DNA of 42,439 nt from the NCBI GenBank assembly GCA_913044235.1, contig CAJWOS010000002.1:1-42439 (forward strand), written 5' to 3'. This DNA is from an uncultured Pseudomonadota bacterium (lineage in GTDB: Bacteria > Myxococcota_A > UBA796 > UBA2385). This document shows, in pieces, positions 1-8,711 of the stretch. The translations under genes and the position numbers were made by a program. Numbering within the stretch: position 1 is the first letter of the stretch; each line of letters starts with the position of its first letter. The notes below the pieces were generated by a model. It saw only the letters and a program-made list of their open reading frames with translations, did no database searches and was not told the DNA's origin.

Positions 1-300
1 CTACAGGATCAAGTGGGGGTGTTGGAGCATACGATTGAACAGCAGGTGGAGTTTACCGATCAGCTGGAGCGACTGAAGGTGTTGCCAGGGTTTGGATTGG
101 CGTGTGCCTGGACGGGGATTGCTGAGAGTGGCGATATCACCCGTTTTCCCTCGTCCAGGCAGTTTACCAGCTATTGCCGCCTGGTACCGGGAAGCAAAGA
201 TTCGGGGGGCAAACATCGCCATCGAAGTAAGAACAAGGATGGCAACCGGTACCTGCGCATCGAGCGCGGGCGGTGGCTCACGGAGCAGGGCATGAGCAAG
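1..300 (+). mobile_element. IS110-family transposase, 3'-proximal fragment (partial; gene continues beyond window start; remnant or pseudogene)
   Basis: Frame 1 from nt 1 reads LQDQVGVLEHTIEQQVEFTDQLERLKVLPGFGLACAWTGIAESGDITRFPSSRQFTSYCRLVPGSKDSGGKHRHRSKNKDGNRYLR. This matches the conserved C-terminal block of IS110/IS116/IS902 transposases (IPGxG...AExGDxxRFxSxRQxxSYxGLxP..SG..........GNRYLR). Similarity ends after GNRYLR (~nt 258), though the frame stays open to 1950 through high-GC DNA. GC is visibly lower from 1 to ~480 than in flanking sequence. Confidence 0.55.
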
Positions 301-816
301 AACCGCTGCGGCCAGTGCGGCGAGCTCAAGCGCCGGTGGTTAGTGCAGAAGGATTGTTTGCTGAGGGGCGCGTTTCCTTTTGAGTTCTGTTCGAACCAGG
401 GCCTGGAGGATATTGCAGCAGCCATGTATATTGACAATGATGGGGATTGTGCGCACGGTTTCTTTTATGTCTTACCGCCGCTCCAGTACGAGGACGACAG
501 CGAGGAGGCGCCGGAGACGACGGCCGCGGCGACGCTCGAGGTGTCCCAGCGCCTCGCGCCCTGGCGCCGGCGCTGGTTCGTGCTCTCCGAGGCCGGCGAG
601 CCCCTCGGCCTCGAGGGCCGGTCGCACCACATTGGCGCGTCCTGCCAGCAGAATCGGACGCCAGCTCGGCTGAAGCGCGAGGGCTCGAGCGGTCACTTCC
701 GGACCCACACCCATCCCCGGCGTCAAGACAATGGGCTTCATGGTGCGCTCGTGCGCCGCTTGGCTCCCCAAGCATGCCGCCACGATGCACCGCTCCCGAA
801 CCGAGCGGGAGCCGGC

Positions 817-1857
817 TCATGCACCTGGGATCTCCAGCTTGATTTCCACCGCGGAGCGACGCCGCGCCTGGCGATACCACTGGTCGGTCTCTTCTTCGAT
901 GCGCCCAGAGTAGACTTGGTCAAGGAGCTGATCCCGAACACTATCCATGGGGGGCGGTTCCTTCCGACGGGTATCGAATGCCGTGAACACGAACACTCCA
1001 CGCGGGGTCAAGACCGGATCCGACACCTCTCCCACACCAAGAGCGAAGGCCACCGATCCCATTTCCGCTTGGAGCTGCCCTTCTTCATAGGTGCCCATCC
1101 GACCGCCGTTGCTGCCGAACCCACCTTCATCCTGCGCCGCAGCCACCACACTGAACTCCGTGCCCGCGCGCACACGGTCTCGGGCAGCTTCCGCCTTGGC
1201 CATCACGGCCGCAACCGCGGGCTCGTCGGCCCCTGCCGGTACCCGAAAGAAGATGGCTCCGAGGTCCACCACTCGCGGTTGATTGCGCGAAGCAAACATC
1301 CGCCGATAGGCATCGGAAAGCTCGTCTTCATTCACTGTGATTCGCGGCTGGATCACGTAGGAGTTGAACTTCGACTGCCGGAGATTTTCGCGGATCTCCT
1401 GTCGGTAGCCGTCCCAGGTCATTCCTTGGGCTTCGACCTCTCGCCGCAAAGTTCCCGTTTCCATCCCGTTTCGCGATGCGATGTCGGCAACCGATGCGTC
1501 GAGTTCCTCCTCGGAGACATCCATTCCAAGCCGCACCATCTCCTGCGACACGAGACGCCGAAGAATGAGCGTATCCAGTACCTCGAGCTCCAGTTCACGC
1601 CGCTGCTCGGGCGTGATGCCTGCGGTGGCAGCCGCCTGCTCGATGTAGTCCCCGCCCAGCTCGTAGATTTCGCTAAGGGTGATGACGTCGTTGTCGACCA
1701 CCGCAGCGATTCGGTCGGTCACTGCGGCCTCGGCCACAGTGACTCCCCACGGCAGCCCAAGTCCGACCGCTGGCCCCAGGAGAACCACCGCGGTCAGAAC
1801 TCGAAGCAACCGCCACATCGGACTACTCACCCATTCCGGGTGCTGCATCTTCGCCAT
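817..1857 (-). CDS. SurA-like periplasmic chaperone / parvulin-type peptidyl-prolyl cis-trans isomerase (signal peptide)
   Basis: 346-aa ORF with N-terminal signal peptide (MWRLLRVLTAVVLLGPAVGLGLPWGVTVAEA). It has a SurA N-domain-like region and a C-terminal parvulin rotamase region (FRVPAGADEP...GGRMGTYEEGQLQAEMGSVAFALGVGEVSDPVLTPRGVFVF). The start may instead be the internal Met at 1818. Confidence 0.75.
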   Translation of the reverse strand: MAKMQHPEWVSSPMWRLLRVLTAVVLLGPAVGLGLPWGVTVAEAAVTDRIAAVVDNDVITLSEIYELGGDYIEQAAATAGITPEQRRELELEVLDTLILRRLVSQEMVRLGMDVSEEELDASVADIASRNGMETGTLRREVEAQGMTWDGYRQEIRENLRQSKFNSYVIQPRITVNEDELSDAYRRMFASRNQPRVVDLGAIFFRVPAGADEPAVAAVMAKAEAARDRVRAGTEFSVVAAAQDEGGFGSNGGRMGTYEEGQLQAEMGSVAFALGVGEVSDPVLTPRGVFVFTAFDTRRKEPPPMDSVRDQLLDQVYSGRIEEETDQWYRQARRRSAVEIKLEIPGA

Positions 1858-2845
1858 TTCCGAGGGTCATCTTCTTCGCGCCCGGTCCCGGACCGGCCCG
1901 CCGGCTGGCCTGCACTTCCAAGCTACCGAGCTTGCCTTCGTCGATCGTGATCTTGGCGCCGGTGCGAAGGTTGGCGACGTACGACTCGTACATCTCCTTG
2001 AGCTTCTCGTTCTTGACCTTGCGCAGCACGGAACCCTTCATCTGCTGGAAGGTGCGCTCGACGCGCTCGCGCTTGTTTGCCACGAGGATGATGTTGACCC
2101 CTTCTTCGGTGAGGAAGGGCTCCGAGAGCTGGTCGACCTTCATCGAGAACGCCTTCTCAACCACACTGTCGGCCAGACCAGGCTTGCCACTGCGCGGCAC
2201 GAAGCCCACGTCACCGCCCCGGCGACGGTAGGGGTCTTCGGACACCTTTGCCGCCACGTCCTTGAACGCCGATGGGTCTTTCTTCAAGCGCTTGTGCGCT
2301 TCTTTCGCGATGTCCTGCGCCTCAGCCTCGGTGCGGTCCTTCCCGGCCTTGACGAGAATCCGCTTGATCTGAACCTTTTCGGGGACCACGAAATCGTCTT
2401 TGTGCGACTCGTAGTACGCCTGCAGCTCTTCATCGGAGAAATCGGAGTTGCGCACGTTGGCGTAGACTTCCTGCCGCAGCAAGGTGTTGACCATGACCTT
2501 CTGGACCTTCGGGTCCTTGTCGAGTCCCTTCCCAAGCGCGGCCTTGTAGAGGAGCTTTTCATCGACGAGGCGGTCGATGACTTCCTTCCGCTCTTCGAGG
2601 GACAGCTTCTCACCATCTGCGGGCTTCCGTCGGGCGGCCGCTTCCTTAAACTCGGTGGAGCCCACGGGCACACCGTCCACATCGGCCAGCACTTCGCCAA
2701 TGTCAACCGCAGACGCGGCCGACGCAGCCGGAGCCGCATCGCCCGTCTTTGAACCCGAAGCAGCCGGCGCCGCGCCGCCGCCATCACAGGCCGCAACGAG
2801 AAGCACACCAACAGTCAACAGAACAGGAGACAGCTTTCGCATCAA
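1823..2845 (-). CDS. PpiC/SurA-type parvulin peptidyl-prolyl isomerase lipoprotein
   Basis: 340-aa ORF with lipoprotein signal and lipobox (LLVAAC). Parvulin domain is present (KVQIKRILVKAGKD...GGDVGFVPRSGKPGLADSVVEKAFSMKVDQLSEPFLTEEGVNIILV). It overlaps the downstream SurA-like gene by about 35 nt. Confidence 0.75.
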   Translation of the reverse strand: MMRKLSPVLLTVGVLLVAACDGGGAAPAASGSKTGDAAPAASAASAVDIGEVLADVDGVPVGSTEFKEAAARRKPADGEKLSLEERKEVIDRLVDEKLLYKAALGKGLDKDPKVQKVMVNTLLRQEVYANVRNSDFSDEELQAYYESHKDDFVVPEKVQIKRILVKAGKDRTEAEAQDIAKEAHKRLKKDPSAFKDVAAKVSEDPYRRRGGDVGFVPRSGKPGLADSVVEKAFSMKVDQLSEPFLTEEGVNIILVANKRERVERTFQQMKGSVLRKVKNEKLKEMYESYVANLRTGAKITIDEGKLGSLEVQASRRAGPGPGAKKMTLGNGEDAAPGMGE

Positions 2846-2963
2846 ATCCTCCGGGCATCCGAGAATGCCGGGCCAGGTTCAGGCGATTCCACGATCGCCC
2901 GGGCAGTTCGATCCGGTCACACACTCGTGTCGGGACGACCACCGCCCCGATACAGGTCGACCC

Positions 2964-3971
2964 TCAGTCCTTGGGGTAGCCAGCGAGGTCCATCCCCAGC
3001 GCAAGCTCGAGCTCGGCGAGGGTGTCCTTGATCTCGTTGAGCGACTTGCGCCCCAGGTTCTTCGTCTTGAGCAGTTCCGCTTCGGTCTTTTCGCAGAGCT
3101 GCCAGACCTGAACGATGTTGGCGTTGCGCAGGCAGTTCGCCGAACGCACGGAAAGCTCGAGCTCGTCGACTCGCCGACCCAGCCATTCCGGCCAGCTCGG
3201 TGCATCGACGGCTCCGGGTTCCGGCTCTTCTTCCTCTTCGAAGTTGATGAAGACTTGAAGCTGTTCGCGGAAGACCCGGGAAGCATAGACAACGGCGTCT
3301 TCCGGAAGCACGCGACCGTCGGTCCAGACCTCGAGGGAGAGGCGGTCGTAGTCGGTGCGCTGTCCCACGCGAGCGTTGGTGACGGTGTAGCGGACCTTGC
3401 GGATGGGGCTGAAGCGCGCATCGACCCGAAGTGCACCATCGCCCATGTTGGCATCGCCGCCAAGCACGTAGCCCTGGCCCATCTCGGCGGTCACATCGAC
3501 GTCGAGCGTGCCCGATCCGGTGAGTGTCGCGATGGGGTGATCGGGATTGGTGACCTCGATGTCACCATCAAAGACAAGGTCGCCGGCGGTCACGGGGGTC
3601 ATTCCACCCCCGCTGCCCTTTGCCTGAATCCGGCCCTGGATGGGCTCGGTAGACAGCGTGGACAGGCGAACTCCCTTGAGGTTCAGGACGATGTCAGCGA
3701 CGTCGTCGACCACACCAGGAATGGCGCCGATTCCGTCCAAGATGCCCTTGACCTCAACCTTCGTGATGGCTGCACCCTGAAGGCTGGACAGAAGAATTCG
3801 CCGGAGAGCGTTGCCCAGCGTGTTGCCGTAGCCACGCTCCAACGGACGGACGACGAACTTGCCGTAGACATCGTTCGACTTTCCGTCGATCTCGACCCGC
3901 TCGGGACGAATGAGCGTGCGCCAGTTGGCAGCGACGTGTTCGGGTGTGACGGTGGTGGCCTGCTGCTGCAT
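2964..3971 (-). CDS. rpoA: DNA-directed RNA polymerase alpha subunit
   Basis: Starts [30 protein letters not shown] and has strong RpoA NTD motifs ([34 protein letters not shown]; LNLKGVRL). The alpha-CTD is present ([54 protein letters not shown]). The protein is 335 aa. An AGGAG ribosome-binding site lies 10-14 nt upstream of the ATG. The longer ORF running to 4223 has a non-conserved N-extension and is rejected. Confidence 0.92.
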   Translation of the reverse strand: MQQQATTVTPEHVAANWRTLIRPERVEIDGKSNDVYGKFVVRPLERGYGNTLGNALRRILLSSLQGAAITKVEVKGILDGIGAIPGVVDDVADIVLNLKGVRLSTLSTEPIQGRIQAKGSGGGMTPVTAGDLVFDGDIEVTNPDHPIATLTGSGTLDVDVTAEMGQGYVLGGDANMGDGALRVDARFSPIRKVRYTVTNARVGQRTDYDRLSLEVWTDGRVLPEDAVVYASRVFREQLQVFINFEEEEEPEPGAVDAPSWPEWLGRRVDELELSVRSANCLRNANIVQVWQLCEKTEAELLKTKNLGRKSLNEIKDTLAELELALGMDLAGYPKD

Positions 3972-4419
3972 GAGTCGCGACTCCTGGAGCCCGATGGAGC
4001 ATGAACGTCGAATTGTGGACTGAGGACCGAAAGCTTCGGGCGGAGGCGTTGTACAACGCGCAAATACCGCTCCAGGCCTTTGGATGTACATCGCTGACCG
4101 ATGCACGGGCCGACCCGGCCCTCGAAACTCGACGATGAAGAAGAAAACAAAAAAGACGGGGTTGGCTGGTCGGCCCCAGAGGCGCCGTCGTTGAGGCGGC
4201 CGGAGCGCCCCTCGCAAACCCACAAATCTGCCGGGCGGGCATAGTGTGGGCGGGAGGCTCCGTCAACCATCCATCAGCGGGACTACGTGGAATCCGGGCC
4301 GATTGGCGCCTTCATATCCCAATGCATGCCACGCGAGTGCTGGGTTCTGCAATATGGTGCACGCACAAAACCCCCATCGGACCGCACGCGATACGCATCC
4401 AGTGCACCGCGAGACCAAC

Positions 4420-5007
4420 ATGTACAGTCCAGTTCGCCTTCTCGTTCCCGCCATGTGCCTTTTCTGTGCCGGAACCGCGTGGGCCGGTACCGTTCGCGTC
4501 GAGACCACCGTAGCGACGGAAGTGCGAATGGCCGGCGTGCCTGTGGTCAAGACCTACAGTGCCGGCACTGTGAGCCTCCCCGATGTGGCTGCGGGCGAGC
4601 ACGCATTTGAAGTCTTCCGCTTCGGCAAGGCTCGGAGCATTTCCGTTGAGGTGCCCGAGACCGGCACGGTGCGCTTGATGGTCGGCGAAGACTCTCTCTC
4701 CACAGACACCCCACCACCGAACCCGTCTACAAACGCACCGGTCGTGCGCCTCAAGGCCACCACCGGGCAGAGGTTCTCGATTCTGGTCGACGGAAAGCGG
4801 TCCGCGCTGCTGCATGCCGATCGCCCTTTGATGTTCGACCACCTGGGCCCTGGTACCCATGCGCTTGAGGTCCGAAGCATCGACAACCTCACGGTCTGGT
4901 CACGGGGCACACTGAACCTGCAGCCGGGCGACGAGCTGGAGCTGGTCGTCGCCGAAGGACGCCTCCCCGAGGTGTTCGGACGGGCGGAGGCCTGGCGCCC
5001 GAAATGA
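4420..5007 (+). CDS. Secreted hypothetical protein (signal peptide), translationally coupled to the downstream histidine kinase
   Basis: Internal Met at 4420 gives MYSPVRLLVPAMCLFCAGTAWAGTV, a signal peptide with AWA cleavage site. The mature part is ~170 aa with no recognisable domain. Its stop TGA (5005-5007) overlaps the kinase ATG (5004) as ATGA. Confidence 0.6.
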   Translation: MYSPVRLLVPAMCLFCAGTAWAGTVRVETTVATEVRMAGVPVVKTYSAGTVSLPDVAAGEHAFEVFRFGKARSISVEVPETGTVRLMVGEDSLSTDTPPPNPSTNAPVVRLKATTGQRFSILVDGKRSALLHADRPLMFDHLGPGTHALEVRSIDNLTVWSRGTLNLQPGDELELVVAEGRLPEVFGRAEAWRPK

Positions 5008-6851
5008 GCGCATCACAGGACAGTCCCGGTGCTCGCCCCCCTCGCACGATCCGCACCCGGATCCTGCTCGCGTTCCTATTGTCGCTCGTGGCATCCGCGA
5101 CCGCACTGGGTCACAGCCTGCTTCAGCTGGATTCCATTGGCCGCAACGTCTCAATGCTGGACCGGGGCTACCTGCCACTGGCGCGCGTGGCTGCTGAGCT
5201 TGAGACCATCTCTCGGCAGATGGACCGCGAACACGACCGACTCACGCGGAGCCCCCCAACCACGGTCACCGGCTACCGCGCGAATGCCGACTTCTACAGC
5301 GGCGGGATCTCCGACGCAGTGGAGCGTGGACAGCGCATCGCCAATCGACTCGAGCGCAAAGGGCCGCTCGGCAGTCGCGATCAGGCTGCGCTCGACGAGA
5401 CCCGGCGACTCCTACAAGGCGTAGACGAGGCGCGACAAGGCTACGACACCGCCTTTGCGGCATGGGCCAACGAGGCTGCGCAGGATGGCTCCTCGCCCAC
5501 GCCCGGTCGCACCATCGCAGATCTCGACGGACGGCGTACCCAACTGATTCTTCGAATCAGCCAGCTCTCTCAGATCGTCGACGGTCGAATCACTCTCCTC
5601 AGCCGCCTGACCGCTCGAGCGCAGGCCACGGCCACGCGGGTCTCCGGTGCGCTTGCTCTGCTCGCCGTCTTGCTGTCCGGACTCCTCACCGCTGCGGCTC
5701 TTGTGGCTCTGCGGCCCTTCGGCGAGCTGACTGCACAGGTCCAGCGGCTCGCACAGGGAGATTATGCGGGCCGCCTTCCCATCCGTGGTGCCGACGAAGT
5801 GACGCTCCTCGCCCGGGAGTTCAACACGATGGCCGAGGCCGTCTCGGAGCGCGATCGCCGGCTCTCGGAGCGCGCACGCACACTTGATGTGCTCACGTCT
5901 CAGCTCCGAGGCATCCTCGACACCATTCGGGCGGGCCTCCTTGTGGTGGACGGCAACGAGGTACGCATCGCCAATCCAGCGGCAGAGCGGCTGTGGCCCA
6001 CCGCCTCTGAGCGCTTCGTCCCCACTTCCCTTTCGTCTCTCCCCGTGGGAAGACACGAAGGTCTCCAGATCGAAGACCGCCTCTACGACGTGGACGTGGT
6101 CTCTCTCGCAGGTGGAGAAGGCCGTCTCATCGTGGGCGAGGACATCACGCGACGAGAGTCCGACCGGGCCCGAGTCGCCCGCAGCGAGCGGTTGGCACTC
6201 GTGGGGCAGATGCTCGCTCAGATCACGCACGAGGTACGCAATCCCCTCAACGCCATGAGCCTGAACGCCGATCTGCTGAGCGACGAGATCGAAGACCCCG
6301 AACAGCGCGCGATGCTCGACACCATCTCCGACGAGATTCGCCGGCTTGAGCAGCTGACCGCGCGGTACCTGGAGCTCTCCCGCGGTCGACGTCCCGACCT
6401 GCATCTCGCTTCGCCCCGGGAAGTGCTCGAAGATGTGCTTTCGGCAGACCTGAGCGCACTCGAACAACAAGGGCTCAACGTTCGCATCCTCGGCGAGCGG
6501 CCTCCCCCCATGGAGCTCGACATCGATGCCCTGCGCCGCGCGGTTCGCAACATCCTTCGCAACGCTGCCGAGGCGGGTGCGAGCACGGTCGATGTCCGCT
6601 TCGTACAAGATCCCGAGACCGTGCACATCGAGCTGATGGACAACGGACCGGGAATGGCGCCGGACCAGCTTCGGCGGGCTTTCGACCCCTTCTTCACCAC
6701 AAAGGCGAGCGGTACCGGGCTCGGTCTGGCCATCAGCCGACAGGAGCTCGAGGATGTCGGCGCCGGAATGTCGGCCCGGAGCACCCTTGGGAAGGGGTCA
6801 CGCTTCTCGATCCATCTGCCGCTCGAGACCACAGCCTCCGACCCCGTGTAG
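5004..6851 (+). CDS. Sensor histidine kinase (2 TM segments, periplasmic sensor, HAMP, HisKA, HATPase_c); orphan with no adjacent response regulator
   Basis: 615-aa protein. TM1 is LLAFLLSLVASATALG, followed by a ~180-aa periplasmic segment and TM2 (ALALLAVLLSGLLTAAALVAL). The HAMP region includes FNTMAEAV. H-box is ITHEVRNPLNAM. N/G boxes are NILRNAAEAG, DNGPGM and GTGLGLAIS. Confidence 0.88.
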   Translation: MSASQDSPGARPPRTIRTRILLAFLLSLVASATALGHSLLQLDSIGRNVSMLDRGYLPLARVAAELETISRQMDREHDRLTRSPPTTVTGYRANADFYSGGISDAVERGQRIANRLERKGPLGSRDQAALDETRRLLQGVDEARQGYDTAFAAWANEAAQDGSSPTPGRTIADLDGRRTQLILRISQLSQIVDGRITLLSRLTARAQATATRVSGALALLAVLLSGLLTAAALVALRPFGELTAQVQRLAQGDYAGRLPIRGADEVTLLAREFNTMAEAVSERDRRLSERARTLDVLTSQLRGILDTIRAGLLVVDGNEVRIANPAAERLWPTASERFVPTSLSSLPVGRHEGLQIEDRLYDVDVVSLAGGEGRLIVGEDITRRESDRARVARSERLALVGQMLAQITHEVRNPLNAMSLNADLLSDEIEDPEQRAMLDTISDEIRRLEQLTARYLELSRGRRPDLHLASPREVLEDVLSADLSALEQQGLNVRILGERPPPMELDIDALRRAVRNILRNAAEAGASTVDVRFVQDPETVHIELMDNGPGMAPDQLRRAFDPFFTTKASGTGLGLAISRQELEDVGAGMSARSTLGKGSRFSIHLPLETTASDPV

Positions 6852-6880
6852 CGACGCGCACCACCAAGCGCGGACCCGCG

Positions 6881-7732
6881 TCAGGCTTCCATATCGACCA
6901 GACCAGCACTCAAATGCCACAAGCGACCGGCATCCAAGTCGTCCCTCGCCAAGCGACTCGGCGTTTTGATGCGGCTGTCGACAAAGTATCCGCCCGTCAT
7001 GGAGCCGACTGCTTCGTGGGCCGCAGCATGCAACGAGGTCACGGCTCCCTGAGCAGGGGTCTTCAAGAAGTACCGTGCGATGCTGATGCCGAGCCGCACC
7101 CACAGACGTGCATCTTTTTCGAAGAGTCCAGTCGCCACCGAGCCCGGGTGCACCGCATGCACCACGAGTCGCTCCGGATCAAACCGCTTCGAGAGGCTCC
7201 GCGTGAAGAGCAGGTTGGCCAGTTTGCTGTCGGCATAGGCCCGAAAGCCGGAGTACGCCCGGTCCGACCAGTCGAGGTCGTCAAACGCCAGACCTTCCGA
7301 GCCGCGATGGGCCTCGCTCGTGACGTTGACCACACGCGATGCACCTCCCGCAAGAAGCGCCGGCAGCAGCAATCGAGTGAACAGGTACGGTCCGAGGTGG
7401 TTGACGCCAAAGGTGGACTCGAAGCCATCGACCGTCTCACGCCGCGTGGCTTCGAACACGCCGGCATTGTTCACCAATACGGCCACGCGCGGATGTTGTT
7501 CACGGAGCGTACGGCCCGCAAACCGAACGTTCGACAAGTCGGCAAGATCGAGCAGCACGACCTCAAGCGAGGCATCGGGAATCGAGGAGCGGATGTCGGC
7601 GATGGCCGCATTCCCCTTTTCTGCAGTCCGGGCGGTGAGAACCACATGCGCCCCGAGGCTGGCGAGACCACGAGCCGTCTCCAAGCCAATTCCCGACGTG
7701 GCTCCCGTCACCACACACACCTGCCCATTCAT
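6881..7732 (-). CDS. Short-chain dehydrogenase/reductase (SDR family oxidoreductase)
   Basis: Rossmann motif VVTGATSGIGLETAR sits just after Met at 7732. NNAG is present, as is catalytic YADSKLANLLF (YxxxK). GAGG lies 10 nt upstream of that Met. Confidence 0.82.
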   Translation of the reverse strand: MNGQVCVVTGATSGIGLETARGLASLGAHVVLTARTAEKGNAAIADIRSSIPDASLEVVLLDLADLSNVRFAGRTLREQHPRVAVLVNNAGVFEATRRETVDGFESTFGVNHLGPYLFTRLLLPALLAGGASRVVNVTSEAHRGSEGLAFDDLDWSDRAYSGFRAYADSKLANLLFTRSLSKRFDPERLVVHAVHPGSVATGLFEKDARLWVRLGISIARYFLKTPAQGAVTSLHAAAHEAVGSMTGGYFVDSRIKTPSRLARDDLDAGRLWHLSAGLVDMEA

Positions 7733-7806
7733 TTGCAACCTCGATGCACGCGCCCCCGTCACCGCCGCCGGATTAACCCAATGGAGCTGGTCCACCCGGA
7801 GCTGCC

Positions 7807-8571
7807 ATGCCTTCGCTTCAACCCTTGACGCTCGGTCGAGCAGATCCGCGCCGTATCGCCTCGGTGGGCAGCCGATCTGCCGCCTATATCGTTGATATGC
7901 TCGTCCTTGTGTTCTTTTGGACCGTGTTGATCCTGGGCCTCGCGCTGCGCTTTCCTGGGCAGCTGCCCACGCTTCCCCAGCTCGGGATGGGGCTGGGCGC
8001 CTGGTTCGGCACGCAGTGGCTGTTGTTTTCCATCCAGGAGGCCACGCTTGGGGGACAGACGCTCGGCAAGCGCTTCATGGGAATTCGCGTGATCAACGCC
8101 AAGGGCGGCCCGGTCACTCCAGGGCAGGTACTGGTCCGCAACTTGTGTCGTCCGATCGACAACCTGCCATGCTGCTTCGCGCTGGGAACCATCCTGGTCG
8201 GAGTGAGCGAGCGAGCGCTTCGGCTTGGGGACCGGCTTGCCTCCACCCAGGTCGTGCACGAAGAGCGGTCTCCCACGATGTCGCCCCAGCTCGACCTGCC
8301 GGCCGACGCCACCCCTGCCGAGCGCGCCCTGATCCAGCAATGGTTTGTGCGAGCATCCTCGCTCGTACCAGACGCGCGGGATCGGCTCACTCCGCACTTT
8401 GAGGCCTGGGTCGCGAGACGCTGGCCCGATCGACTGGATCGCACCACCGCCGCGCCAACGCCTTCGAGTGCCCCTCCCAGGCCACACCGAGATCCCGCCG
8501 ACCGGAACGGGATCCATCGCCTGGCAAACAGTCCCCTGGCGCGTGCATTTCGATTCACTCCCCACGACTGA
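7807..8571 (+). CDS. RDD-family membrane protein
   Basis: N-terminus RRIASVGSRSAAYIVDMLVLVFFWTVLILGLAL matches the RDD domain signature (R...A...iD). There are 3 predicted TM helices. The C-terminal tail is Pro/Arg-rich. Confidence 0.65.
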   Translation: MPSLQPLTLGRADPRRIASVGSRSAAYIVDMLVLVFFWTVLILGLALRFPGQLPTLPQLGMGLGAWFGTQWLLFSIQEATLGGQTLGKRFMGIRVINAKGGPVTPGQVLVRNLCRPIDNLPCCFALGTILVGVSERALRLGDRLASTQVVHEERSPTMSPQLDLPADATPAERALIQQWFVRASSLVPDARDRLTPHFEAWVARRWPDRLDRTTAAPTPSSAPPRPHRDPADRNGIHRLANSPLARAFRFTPHD

Positions 8572-8711
8572 GCCCACACAGGCGACCGCCCCACACCAGT
8601 GCAGATGGCCATGCGGCGCAAGAGACGTTCGAAGCCCAAGACCAGGTCCGCACTCGACGACCGCACAGAGATGGGCCAGATTGCCCATCTTGCATTCCCA
8701 CCGGACCGCAC

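Noticed and set aside
13-1950. 645-aa plus-strand ORF starting at a GTG
   Set aside because: Only the first ~82 codons resemble an IS110 transposase. The rest is an open frame running antisense through the SurA-like gene in high-GC DNA with no protein-like features; it is a shadow ORF.
2577-4004. 475-aa plus-strand ORF, plus similar long antisense ORFs at 9922-11031, 13873-15054, 16768-18213, 20332-21633, 25809-27491, 31249-32643, 35313-36617 and 41025-42074
   Set aside because: Each lies antisense to a confidently assigned gene. They have Arg/Pro/Ala/Gly-rich composition with no motifs and no independent RBS. These are typical GC-rich shadow ORFs.
2964-4223. Longer 419-aa version of rpoA
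   Set aside because: The extra 84 N-terminal residues (MGLRGALRPPQRRRLW…FFVFFFIV…) are not RpoA-like and read through a T-rich non-coding tract. Conserved RpoA begins at MQQQ with an AGGAG RBS.
3972-4419. tRNA, small r-protein gene or terminator upstream of rpoA
   Set aside because: No cloverleaf-compatible sequence or T-loop (GTTCRANYC) motif is present. No ORF has coding GC3. The GGGG…CCCC + T-tract is too weak (4-bp stem, 12-nt loop) to call a terminator.
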